From Escherichia phage vB_EcoP-101101UKE1, in the sequence record MZ234012.1: DNA of 44,450 nucleotides. One strand, given 5' to 3'. Position numbers and translations under genes: made by a program. How positions within the stretch are numbered: position 1 is the stretch's first letter; the number at the start of each line of letters is the position of its first letter. Below are positions 10,235 to 18,226 of this stretch, in pieces. The notes under the pieces are model-generated. The model was not told the DNA's origin, ran no database searches, and saw nothing but the letters and a program-made list of their open reading frames with translations.

Positions 10235-10332
10235 TGCAAACTGCTTTTATTATTCTTGGTATCATATTATTTATGGTAGTATTCTGGGCTTTCTCTGGCA
10301 TTGACCCAGATTGTGATGGTAACTACGACTGA
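10234..10332 (+). CDS. small hydrophobic peptide (32 aa, MQTAFIILGIILFMVVFWAFSGIDPDCDGNYD)
   Basis: TAATG-coupled to the preceding peptide, with the same architecture (TM helix plus acidic tail ending YD). Confidence 0.3.
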   Translation: MQTAFIILGIILFMVVFWAFSGIDPDCDGNYD

Positions 10333-10391
10333 GTTATACTCAAGGTCACTTACGAGTGGCCTTTATGAATAACTTAACTGGAGGAAATATA

Positions 10392-10949
10392 ATGAATGAA
10401 CTGAACACTAAGATGCTCAAGAAAGTTTATAATCTTGTATATAGTATCACGGGCCTACACTTCTACCCTGTAGGCGGTGCGGTTCGTGACACCCTGTACG
10501 GATTAACACCTAAAGACTATGATATGGTGTTGCCTGTAGGGTCTATGGCAGATTCTCAGGCGCACGAAATCATGGAAAATATCTCTGAAGAGATGGCAAT
10601 TATGGGATTTAGTACCAAACTCTACCAATCATACGGTATCAATTTAGGTTATGAAATCAACCCTACCTCTTTTCAGGCTATGTTCCTTAGCTGCATGAAA
10701 GTGCAGATGCGTAATTGCCAACTTGATTTGCTTCTTTCTAAGGCTGAAACCATCCAAGATCATGTACGTAAGCACGATTGCAATATGAATATGGTGTGGT
10801 TCGATGGTAAAGATATCAAGTGGGAGCACGGCGGTGTTACTCCTTTCGTTCCTGTGTTAGAGTTCAACCCTGACGGATGTGATCGTCGCATTGCTTACAT
10901 GGACAAGAAGCGCCATGAACTTATCCGTCACAAATTAATGCATCTTTGA
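10392..10949 (+). CDS. minimal Pol-beta-superfamily nucleotidyltransferase with CCA-adding-enzyme/poly(A)-polymerase head motif
   Basis: Motif VGGAVRDTLYGLTPKDYDMV (GGxVRD followed by DxD) matches the class II CCA-adding enzyme head signature. RBS ggagga 7 nt before ATG 10392. Protein is only ~185 aa. Confidence 0.6.
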   Translation: MNELNTKMLKKVYNLVYSITGLHFYPVGGAVRDTLYGLTPKDYDMVLPVGSMADSQAHEIMENISEEMAIMGFSTKLYQSYGINLGYEINPTSFQAMFLSCMKVQMRNCQLDLLLSKAETIQDHVRKHDCNMNMVWFDGKDIKWEHGGVTPFVPVLEFNPDGCDRRIAYMDKKRHELIRHKLMHL

Positions 10950-10970
10950 TTTACCGGACACTATAGAAGG
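10949..10970 (+). promoter_or_regulatory. phage RNAP promoter (ATTTACCGGACACTATAGAAGG)
   Basis: Consensus match. Confidence 0.75.
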
Positions 10971-11035
10971 AAGTCCTAGGTAATCTAGGTTTATAAGGTA
11001 GTATAGGTAATTAAGTAAATATAGGAGATATAAAC

Positions 11036-11413
11036 ATGTCTATGGTAACTACTCTGGTATTTGTAGCTCAATACTTTCGTGGTCTGGCTAATAAGTTCAA
11101 GTCCAAGGCTATCAAAGCTATTGAGTCTCGCATCGAGGCAGTACAGGCAGAGCAAGTTAAAGTTGAAGAACATCGTAGTTCTCAAATGATTGACTGCCAT
11201 AACCGCTACTATGCATCTCGTGATGACCTTAATGCACGCCAAGTCAAAGAGGTTGAAGAGATGCTGGCACGTCACCAGCAAGAGCGCGACAGCCTGAAAG
11301 CTGAATTTGAAGAGAACAAGGCATCCATCGCCCTTGTACATCAAGCCGCATCTGACAACCTGAAGAAAGAGATTGTTATGCTGGAAATTGAGTTAGACAA
11401 CCTGACCAAATAA
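11036..11413 (+). CDS. hypothetical membrane-anchored coiled-coil protein (125 aa)
   Basis: RBS aggag. N-terminal hydrophobic segment MSMVTTLVFVAQYF followed by heptad-like charged sequence. Confidence 0.45.
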   Translation: MSMVTTLVFVAQYFRGLANKFKSKAIKAIESRIEAVQAEQVKVEEHRSSQMIDCHNRYYASRDDLNARQVKEVEEMLARHQQERDSLKAEFEENKASIALVHQAASDNLKKEIVMLEIELDNLTK

Positions 11414-11434
11414 TTACTGGACACTATAGAACAA
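11412..11434 (+). promoter_or_regulatory. phage RNAP promoter (AATTACTGGACACTATAGAACAA)
   Basis: Consensus match. Confidence 0.7.
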
Positions 11435-11490
11435 TAGGTCGGCTTAGTTCGGCCTATGATTGTGTAGTGTAACAATAGGAGACTAAATAA

Positions 11491-12297
11491 ATGGCACGTG
11501 GTGATTTTGATTTTGGTGCTCAGGTTACTAAAGCTGAAGGTAAGGTTTTTAAGAACCCTGAAGTTGGTGATCATGAAGCAGTAATCTCTGGCATCATTCA
11601 TGTGGGTTCCTTCCAAGATATCTTTAAGAAAGGTAATACCACTGAAGTTAAGAAGCCAGCAAACTTTGTTCTTGTTAAGATTGTACTGATGGGTGACGAT
11701 GACAAGAACGAAGATGATTCTCGCATGGAACAGTGGATGGCTGTGCCTCTGAAGTCTGGTGACAAGGCAACCTTGACTAAGTTCCTGAATGCAGTTGACC
11801 CTAAAGAGCTGCTTGGTGGTTTCGATGACTTCATCGGTGAATGCCTGACTGCAACTATGGTTGGCTCTGGCGACAAGAATGATGATGGTACTTTCAAGTA
11901 TGTTAACTGGAAAGGCTTTGGCGGTATGCCTGATAAGTTGAAGAAGCTTGTACTGGCTCAGGTAGAAGAGGAAGGTCTGTCTATGACAGGTCATATCACC
12001 TTCGACAAGCTGACCAAAGAAATCCTTGATGACATTCCTGCTAACTTGGTGCGTCAATACTTCCTTAATGAAACACCTCGTGGTAAGAACCTGTCTGTTG
12101 CTGGTTCTCACGTAGAAGCAATCATTAAAGCTGCTCGTGAAGAAGACCCAGAGTGGAAGAAAGCCAAGAAGAAAGATGACGAGGATGCTACTCCAGCTAA
12201 TCGTAAGTCTCTGGATACTGGCGAGTCTGTTCCACAGGAAGTACCTGAAGCAGAAGATACTCCTGCACCGGAGATGGATGAGGACGCGGAATATTAA
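11491..12297 (+). CDS. putative single-stranded DNA-binding protein (gp2.5-like), 268 aa
   Basis: Own promoter, strong RBS aggag, highly biased codon usage, and an acidic C-terminal tail ending DEDAEY (T7 gp2.5 has an acidic tail ending in F). The assignment is tentative. Confidence 0.45.
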   Translation: MARGDFDFGAQVTKAEGKVFKNPEVGDHEAVISGIIHVGSFQDIFKKGNTTEVKKPANFVLVKIVLMGDDDKNEDDSRMEQWMAVPLKSGDKATLTKFLNAVDPKELLGGFDDFIGECLTATMVGSGDKNDDGTFKYVNWKGFGGMPDKLKKLVLAQVEEEGLSMTGHITFDKLTKEILDDIPANLVRQYFLNETPRGKNLSVAGSHVEAIIKAAREEDPEWKKAKKKDDEDATPANRKSLDTGESVPQEVPEAEDTPAPEMDEDAEY

Positions 12298-12306
12298 GGA
12301 GAAAGG

Positions 12307-12525
12307 ATGAAAGTACAAATCGTAACTCTGCACTGCAAGAAAGGTATCACAACGCTCGGAGGTAGCACTTTCCACTCTTTCTCCGAAGGGGAGATTTATG
12401 CTGACCTGCACTACATCTGGCGCGACGGACAGCACGTGGTGAACTACAGCGACCCCGCTACGGGGAAGCGCCACGGCGTATCGCTTCCGGCGCATGACAT
12501 TGCTCAGGTGAACACAGTTTTATAA
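12307..12525 (+). CDS. hypothetical protein (72 aa)
   Basis: Strong RBS taaggagaaagg before ATG 12307. Confidence 0.4.
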   Translation: MKVQIVTLHCKKGITTLGGSTFHSFSEGEIYADLHYIWRDGQHVVNYSDPATGKRHGVSLPAHDIAQVNTVL

Positions 12526-12526
12526 A

Positions 12527-12542
12527 GTCTCACGTGTGAGAC
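12527..12542. promoter_or_regulatory. conserved palindrome GTCTCACGTGTGAGAC (copy 5 of 6)
   Basis: Immediately after the stop of 12307..12525 and 15 nt upstream of the promoter at 12558. Confidence 0.6.
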
Positions 12543-12557
12543 AAATCGGTGTCCGGT

Positions 12558-12580
12558 ATTTACTGGACACTATAGAAGAG
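12558..12580 (+). promoter_or_regulatory. phage RNAP promoter (ATTTACTGGACACTATAGAAGAG)
   Basis: Exact consensus. Confidence 0.8.
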
Positions 12581-12629
12581 AAGAATTTTAATCGGCGATA
12601 ATGCCACAACTAACAAAGGAGAATTTAAT

Positions 12630-13010
12630 ATGTTCAAGATTGAAACTATCGTAAACCGTGTTGTTAAAGGTGCTGCTCTGGTATCCGTTGAGTCTTTCAT
12701 TATCGTCGATGAAGCTGATCAACTGGTAGCTGGTACTAAGGCTTACGATACCCGTGAAGAAGCTCAGGCTAAGATTGACAGCATGGGTAACTTCGCTGCT
12801 GGTCTGGAGTTCGCTCGCGCTTGCTTCCCTGAGCAGGCTGACAAAGCTCAGATTGGTAAGGCTAATATCGTAGCTGAATATCTGGATTGGATTGCTGCTG
12901 GTAAGCCGGTGAAAGAAGTTAAGTCTGCTGAAGAAGCTGAATCTCAGGCAGTAGAAGAAGAAGTAGCTGCACCGGTAGATGCTCCGGTAAGCGAAGAGGA
13001 AGAGTTTTAA
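12630..13010 (+). CDS. abundant acidic protein (126 aa) with C-terminal acidic tail ending SEEEEF
   Basis: Strong RBS aaaggag, own promoter, codon usage like the capsid gene, and a terminator directly downstream. Confidence 0.5.
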   Translation: MFKIETIVNRVVKGAALVSVESFIIVDEADQLVAGTKAYDTREEAQAKIDSMGNFAAGLEFARACFPEQADKAQIGKANIVAEYLDWIAAGKPVKEVKSAEEAESQAVEEEVAAPVDAPVSEEEEF

Positions 13011-13012
13011 TT

Positions 13013-13047
13013 GATGCCCTGTCTGCCTTAGTGTAGGCAGGGTCTTT
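13013..13047 (+). terminator. putative rho-independent terminator
   Basis: Imperfect hairpin gccctgtctgcc...ggcagggtc followed by ttttg. Confidence 0.45.
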
Positions 13048-13074
13048 TGCGTAATAGTTATTGGAGAATGAATT

Positions 13075-13380
13075 ATGCCGACTATTAAATCTCGTTTAGT
13101 AGCAGACTATGTGTATGGTCGTGACTTAAAGTTAATGCAAGATTACTTTAAAGTAATCATCCTGCTGGATGGAGAAGTGTTTCACACTAAAACATTCACC
13201 CTTCCTGAATTGTTTGATTTAGGTTATTGGGGTTATACATATCAGGCCATAGCAGACAAGGTGCTACTCAGTGTATTAGAGGAGTGGCCTACATGCGACC
13301 AAACTTCGACTTCGGAGCTACAGTATCGGAAGACAATAACCTGTTGCTGTGGCCAACTGAAGGTAATAGAATCGCTTTAA
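13075..13380 (+). CDS. hypothetical protein (101 aa), 3' end overlapping the exonuclease gene
   Basis: RBS ggaga before ATG 13075. Overlaps the exonuclease gene out of frame. Confidence 0.3.
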   Translation: MPTIKSRLVADYVYGRDLKLMQDYFKVIILLDGEVFHTKTFTLPELFDLGYWGYTYQAIADKVLLSVLEEWPTCDQTSTSELQYRKTITCCCGQLKVIESL

Positions 13381-14321
13381 TAGATGCTGACATGTTACCC
13401 TACATCGTAGGTTATACAATCAGTGACATGACTTATGTACGAGCCACAACTCGTGTTAAGTCAGGACAAGTCCCATCAATCAAAGATACACCTGAGTGTA
13501 AGCAAGCGTGTGACCGTGTGAACTCCTTGCTCAACTCTTGGGTGTATGCAGCAGAGTGTGATGCAGCTAAGTTATTCATGACGAAATCAGAAGCTAACTT
13601 CCGTGTTCGCCTAGCCTTCACCAAGCCTTATAAGGGTCAACGTAAGACCGAGAAGCCTCCGTTCTTCTATGAATTGCGAGAGCATCTCTTAGAGGTTCAT
13701 GGTGCAATCTTGGCAGATGGAGAAGAGGCTGATGACCTCATGAGCATTGCACAATGGGACAGCCACCGCCGCTTCCAGCAAGATACAGGTAACGAGTTCC
13801 CTATCGGTAGTCCAGAGCATAAAGCATTCTCTGATACTTGCATCGTTTCCTTAGATAAGGATTTGATGATTGTTCCCGGTTGGCATCTTCAGCCGGGTCA
13901 AGAGAAGAAATGGGTAGAGCCTATGGGTTGGCTTGAGCTACGCCGTAAGGCTAATGGTCAGGTTAAAGACCTTAAAGGTGCTGGCCTCATGTTTCATTAT
14001 GCACAGATGATTATCGGTGATGATATTGATAACTATGCTGGCATACCTGGACGTGGTGCTAAATACGCCTATGATCTTCTCAAAGATTGTAAGACAGAGA
14101 AAGAGTTGTACATGGCAGTGCTTGGTGCTTACAAGGCTAAGTTCGGACATGGACAAGTTAAGATTAAGAATTACCGAGGTGGTTATCGTATCGGCAAGTC
14201 TTTTGACCTGATGCTCGAATGTGGTCGCCTAGCTCACATGGCAAGATTCAAAGGTGATATATGGCGAGCCGATAAGAACCCAATCTTGTGGGGAGATGAT
14301 GCGAAATGGTTAGCAAATTAA
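13293..14321 (+). CDS. 5'-3' exonuclease (T7 gp6-like, FEN family)
   Basis: Motifs IVSLDKDL and GDDIDNYAGIPGRG resemble T7 gp6 CDKDF and GDITDGYSGIAGWG. Start at ATG 13293 with RBS gaggagtgg; the track ORF opens at 13227. Confidence 0.85.
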   Translation: MRPNFDFGATVSEDNNLLLWPTEGNRIALIDADMLPYIVGYTISDMTYVRATTRVKSGQVPSIKDTPECKQACDRVNSLLNSWVYAAECDAAKLFMTKSEANFRVRLAFTKPYKGQRKTEKPPFFYELREHLLEVHGAILADGEEADDLMSIAQWDSHRRFQQDTGNEFPIGSPEHKAFSDTCIVSLDKDLMIVPGWHLQPGQEKKWVEPMGWLELRRKANGQVKDLKGAGLMFHYAQMIIGDDIDNYAGIPGRGAKYAYDLLKDCKTEKELYMAVLGAYKAKFGHGQVKIKNYRGGYRIGKSFDLMLECGRLAHMARFKGDIWRADKNPILWGDDAKWLAN

Positions 14322-14716
14322 AATCATCGGAGGTAGCAGCTTATAAGAGGGAATTGCTAGAGAAGCAAGGGTGGAAGTGCCCACTATGTGGCGGCAGTCT
14401 CAAGGCTGTTACTCCTATAAACCGTGTACTTGACCATGACCATGAGACAGGATTCTGCCGTGCTGTTGTATGCCGAGGCTGCAATGGTGCAGAAGGAAAG
14501 ATTAAGGGTGTTATCTCTGGTTACGGTAAGGCTGGTAACAACCGTTACTTCCAGCTTCAATGGTTAGAGCGACTATATGAATACTGGAAGTTACATAGTA
14601 CGCCTCAGACAGATAAGTTATATCACAAACATCAAACGGAGGCAGAGAAGCGCGAGGCTAAGAACCGTAAGGCACGCCTTGCTTATGCAAGAAAGAAGGA
14701 GGTTAAAGTTGGGTAA
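14306..14716 (+). CDS. endonuclease VII-like Holliday junction resolvase
   Basis: Zinc-binding signature CPLCGG...LDHDHETGFCRAVVCRGCNGAEGK, typical of the T4 endonuclease VII family. Confidence 0.8.
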   Translation: MVSKLKSSEVAAYKRELLEKQGWKCPLCGGSLKAVTPINRVLDHDHETGFCRAVVCRGCNGAEGKIKGVISGYGKAGNNRYFQLQWLERLYEYWKLHSTPQTDKLYHKHQTEAEKREAKNRKARLAYARKKEVKVG

Positions 14717-15716
14717 GCTTCGCAGCTTGTACAAAGACTCCGAGGTACTTGATGCAATCGAGCAAGCTACCGACGAGAAAGGTAATGTTAATTATAATGA
14801 GATGGCACGTGTATTATCGTGTCACCCTGTGGGTAAGAAGATTACCCGCCAGTTGGCTCGATACTGGCATGGTCAATTCAAGAAGACCAAGAAGAAAGGT
14901 GATTATTACCAGACCCTTCTGCAAGAAGATAAGCGTATCAAAGAAGAGCGTAAGCTCAGGACTCCTGACCGCTACGAGGATTTGGCTATTGTACCATTGC
15001 CTGACTCGCCTCATCGAAGTGTACTGGTAATCCCTGATACTCATGCACCTTATGAGCATCCAGATACCTTAGAGTTCCTTGCAGCAGTCGCGGCACGTTA
15101 CCGTCCAGATACAGTGGTTCACTTAGGAGATGAGGCAGATAAACACGCCCTCTCCTTCCATGACTCTGACCCTAATCTGGATAGTGCTGGCATGGAGCTA
15201 GAGAAGGCTCGTGTCTTCATGCACAAGTTGCACAAGATGTTCCCTGTGATGCGCCTGTGTCATTCTAATCACGGCTCTATGCACTTCCGTAAGGCAAGCG
15301 CCAAGGGTATTCCAGTGCAATATCTTCGCACCTACCGTGAAGTCTTTTTCCCAAATGGAGGTGGCGACCAGTGGGATTGGCAGCATACACATGTTCTTGA
15401 GTTGCCGAATGGTGAACAAGTGGCATTCAAGCATCAACCTGCTGGCTCTGTCCTAGCAGATGCAGCGCATGAGCGTATGAACCTTGTGTGTGGTCACTTG
15501 CACGGTAAGATGTCTGTGGAGTACGCACGTAATACACATGAACAGTATTGGGCTGTGCAAGGTGGCTGCTTAATTGATGAGTCATCCCGTGCATTTGCCT
15601 ATGGTCGTGAGTCTAAATACAAGCCAGCATTAGGTTGTGTGGTCATTCTGGAGGGTGTGCCTCACATTGTCCCGATGCAAACCAATAGCGACAACCGTTG
15701 GATTGGCAAGATTTAG
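14709..15716 (+). CDS. calcineurin-like metallophosphoesterase with ~100-aa N-terminal extension
   Basis: Phosphoesterase motifs IPDTHAPYEHPD (DxH), HLGDEAD (GD), HSNHG (NH) and CGHLHG (GHxH). Probable TTG start at 14709 after RBS aaggagg; the track ORF opens at 14577. Confidence 0.75.
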   Translation: MGKLRSLYKDSEVLDAIEQATDEKGNVNYNEMARVLSCHPVGKKITRQLARYWHGQFKKTKKKGDYYQTLLQEDKRIKEERKLRTPDRYEDLAIVPLPDSPHRSVLVIPDTHAPYEHPDTLEFLAAVAARYRPDTVVHLGDEADKHALSFHDSDPNLDSAGMELEKARVFMHKLHKMFPVMRLCHSNHGSMHFRKASAKGIPVQYLRTYREVFFPNGGGDQWDWQHTHVLELPNGEQVAFKHQPAGSVLADAAHERMNLVCGHLHGKMSVEYARNTHEQYWAVQGGCLIDESSRAFAYGRESKYKPALGCVVILEGVPHIVPMQTNSDNRWIGKI

Positions 15717-15734
15717 TTGACACTATAGAACAAA
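15711..15734 (+). promoter_or_regulatory. phage RNAP promoter (ATTTAGTTGACACTATAGAACAAA)
   Basis: One mismatch from the SP6 promoter core ATTTAGGTGACACTATAGAA. Overlaps the phosphoesterase stop codon. Confidence 0.75.
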
Positions 15735-15816
15735 GGGTTAGGTAAGACTTTATCGGCTGGCGTATCCAAATGATATTGCACTAGCCCTTGATTGTATAGT
15801 GAATGGAGGATTCAAT

Positions 15817-16320
15817 ATGTCACACTATGAATGTAAGAAGTGTCATAAGCGTTATGATTACTGTACTTGTGGTCAAGAGAAAACATCTTTTAAAGTTGGA
15901 GACAAGGTATTTCGTAATGAAAAAGATTCGATTCCTTGGAATCAATACTGCAAAGAAGCTGGTATTGACCCTGATAACCCTGTAACCATAGATGATATTG
16001 ATGGCATTAACTTGTGCTTTCGTGAGGTGAGAGGTACAGGTTGGGATTCCAAAAAATTCAAACTTGCATCTGATAAGTTAGACAACAATATGGTAACTCA
16101 GCCTAAGCACTACGAGTTCTTTGATGGTGTAGAGGCAATCACTATCATTGCCCGCAGTATGACTGAAAAGCAATTCGCTGGGTACTGCATGGGTAATGCC
16201 CTTAAGTATCGCCTGCGTGCAGGTAAGAAGTTCAATACTGAAGAAGACTTGAAGAAGGCAGACTATTATAAAGAGTTATTCCAGAAGCATCGTCACGAAT
16301 GTATTGATGAGGATATTTAA
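15817..16320 (+). CDS. conserved phage protein with N-terminal zinc ribbon (possibly DUF3310-like)
   Basis: CxxC...CxCG ribbon YECKKCHKRYDYCTCG, then PKHY...GNALKYRLRAGKK. RBS ggagga 6 nt before ATG 15817. Confidence 0.5.
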   Translation: MSHYECKKCHKRYDYCTCGQEKTSFKVGDKVFRNEKDSIPWNQYCKEAGIDPDNPVTIDDIDGINLCFREVRGTGWDSKKFKLASDKLDNNMVTQPKHYEFFDGVEAITIIARSMTEKQFAGYCMGNALKYRLRAGKKFNTEEDLKKADYYKELFQKHRHECIDEDI

Positions 16321-16321
16321 T

Positions 16322-16495
16322 ATGGAAGGTAAACTGTATAGAGGGTGCTTCGGTAACTTATATAAAGTAAGCCCTCGCGGTTTTGTATTGACCTCTGATG
16401 ATGAAGGTGCAATGTGGCACCTAAGTGCATATGGTTCTAACTTAGCATACTTTAAAGAGGCAATAGTCAAAGGTGTGATGAAGGAGGTGAAATGA
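16322..16495 (+). CDS. hypothetical small protein (57 aa)
   Basis: RBS gagga. Its stop overlaps the ligase start (ATGA). Confidence 0.3.
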   Translation: MEGKLYRGCFGNLYKVSPRGFVLTSDDEGAMWHLSAYGSNLAYFKEAIVKGVMKEVK

Positions 16496-17439
16496 ACATC
16501 TTCCAATTCCTAGGTCTTCCAGAAGACCACCGCAATCATCCATTCATGCTGGTGAAGCATCGCGGTGAAGTTCCTGAGAAGAAACTTACTTTTCCATGTT
16601 ATGCACAGGTGAAACGAGATGGAATATTCAGTGCTGTTGTGGTGCGCAATGATGGTGCTGTTGCCATCTTTGGTCGTACTGGTAAGAAGCTCGCAAATGT
16701 TGAATCCTTGGAAAAGACGTTTAGTGTATTTCCTGTCGGGTTGTATCTTGGTGAGTTGCAATCTATGGCTGTTGATGTTTATCTTGAAGCTCTGTCAGGA
16801 GTGGTAAACCCTAATCGTACAGAGCCACTTGACTTCATAGGCCAGCAGATTAAAGACAACCTGTATATCGACTTCTTCGATATGTTAACTATTAAGGCAT
16901 TCCATGATGGATTCACTGATGTTTCTTATCTCAAACGTTACGATGCTTTACATCGTCGTATCGGCACTCATCTTAGCGGGTGCAACGCTATCCTTCCTAT
17001 CACTCCTTGCCATAATGAGCGAGAAGTTGAAGCGTTTGCGCAAGAGCAAATAGATGCAGGACGTGAGGGTGCTGTATTCAAACTGGACTGCGATTATGAA
17101 GCAGGACACAAAGGTTATCGTCAGACTAAAGAAGTCCGTAAGGTAACTTATGACCTTACTTGTATTGGCTTTGAAGAAGGTAAAGGTAAATACAAAGGTA
17201 AGGTAGCTAACCTCATTTTCAAGTGGAAAGGGGGCAAGACAATCAAAGCTATGCTCGGTAAAGGGTGGACTCATGCAGATGCAGAACAGATGTTCCACGA
17301 TATTAAACATGGCGGACGGTTGAATGTCATTGGTAAAATCTTTGAAGTCAAAGGTCTTCAGGATTCAAGCAAGGGCAACATTCGTCTGCCCAAAGCGGGA
17401 GAATTAAGACATGACAAAGATGAACCAGATTTCTTTTGA
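16492..17439 (+). CDS. ATP-dependent DNA ligase
   Basis: Adenylation motif QVKRDGIF (KxDG), size 315 aa, and position after the exonuclease/endonuclease block. Confidence 0.85.
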   Translation: MNIFQFLGLPEDHRNHPFMLVKHRGEVPEKKLTFPCYAQVKRDGIFSAVVVRNDGAVAIFGRTGKKLANVESLEKTFSVFPVGLYLGELQSMAVDVYLEALSGVVNPNRTEPLDFIGQQIKDNLYIDFFDMLTIKAFHDGFTDVSYLKRYDALHRRIGTHLSGCNAILPITPCHNEREVEAFAQEQIDAGREGAVFKLDCDYEAGHKGYRQTKEVRKVTYDLTCIGFEEGKGKYKGKVANLIFKWKGGKTIKAMLGKGWTHADAEQMFHDIKHGGRLNVIGKIFEVKGLQDSSKGNIRLPKAGELRHDKDEPDFF

Positions 17440-17626
17440 TAGCATGAAGGCAACTCGTGCAGTTGAGGTAGCAGAAGCTATCTTTGAAACTTTATCATGT
17501 GGCATGGAAGTGCCATATACTTTACTTGCTGATGCAGAAGAACTTGGTCTTTCTGTAGAAGCTATCCAAGAGAAGGTTGACGAATTATATGGTACAGACG
17601 AAGAAGAAACCGACGATTTCATTTGA
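17411..17626 (+). CDS. small acidic protein (71 aa)
   Basis: RBS ggaga. Strongly acidic, ending DEEETDDFI. Confidence 0.4.
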   Translation: MTKMNQISFDSMKATRAVEVAEAIFETLSCGMEVPYTLLADAEELGLSVEAIQEKVDELYGTDEEETDDFI

Positions 17627-17764
17627 AGGAATGGAGATGCTTGAGATGATTCTCAAGCCTTCTTCTCCGAAGGTGACTAAGACTCATGAAGAGTTAATCG
17701 TTGATGAAGTGAAGCGTTACATCATGGATTGTGTCAGAGCACAACTGGTGGTCCAATGATACGT

Positions 17765-18217
17765 CCAGCTTCCTTCCTAGATATTCCTGAGATTATAAAC
17801 CTTGGGAATAAATATGTGGAAGAGGAAGTCAAGGTAGTGGCCCATCACTCAGCATCATGGAATGCAGAACAAAGCGCACATAACCTTTGCGCATCTCTTA
17901 GTAGGGAAGATTTATTCCTATGGGTTGCTGTAGATGAAGGGCGGATTGTAGGGTTCCTGTGGGCTGGCTATCACGAGTTGGCCCCTTGGACACCTGTAAG
18001 GGTTGCCTCTGACATTCTCTTTTATATTATACCAGAGAAGCGAGGAACACTACTTGGTATGCGTCTCATCAAAGCCCTAAAGCAATGGGCTAGTGATAAT
18101 GAATGCCCTGAGGTTCGCCTGTCTATCGCCTCTGGTATTAATGAAGAACGTGTCGGACGTATGTATAAGCGACTTGGCTTTGAACCGTTTGGCACTGTGT
18201 ATAACCTGAAGTTCTAA
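17765..18217 (+). CDS. GNAT-family N-acetyltransferase
   Basis: Acetyl-CoA-binding-like stretch RGTLLGMRLIKALKQWA and C-terminal RMYKRLGFEPFG. Start ATG 17765; the track ORF opens at 17729. Confidence 0.7.
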   Translation, partial: PASFLDIPEIINLGNKYVEEEVKVVAHHSASWNAEQSAHNLCASLSREDLFLWVAVDEGRIVGFLWAGYHELAPWTPVRVASDILFYIIPEKRGTLLGMRLIKALKQWASDNECPEVRLSIASGINEERVGRMYKRLGFEPFGTVYNLKF

Positions 18218-18226
18218 GGAGACAAC

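Noticed and set aside
11341-12495. 384-aa ORF on the minus strand
   Set aside because: It lies entirely antisense to the highly expressed SSB-like and adjacent + strand genes and has no RBS. Long antisense ORFs are expected opposite codon-biased genes, and every supported gene in this genome is on the + strand.
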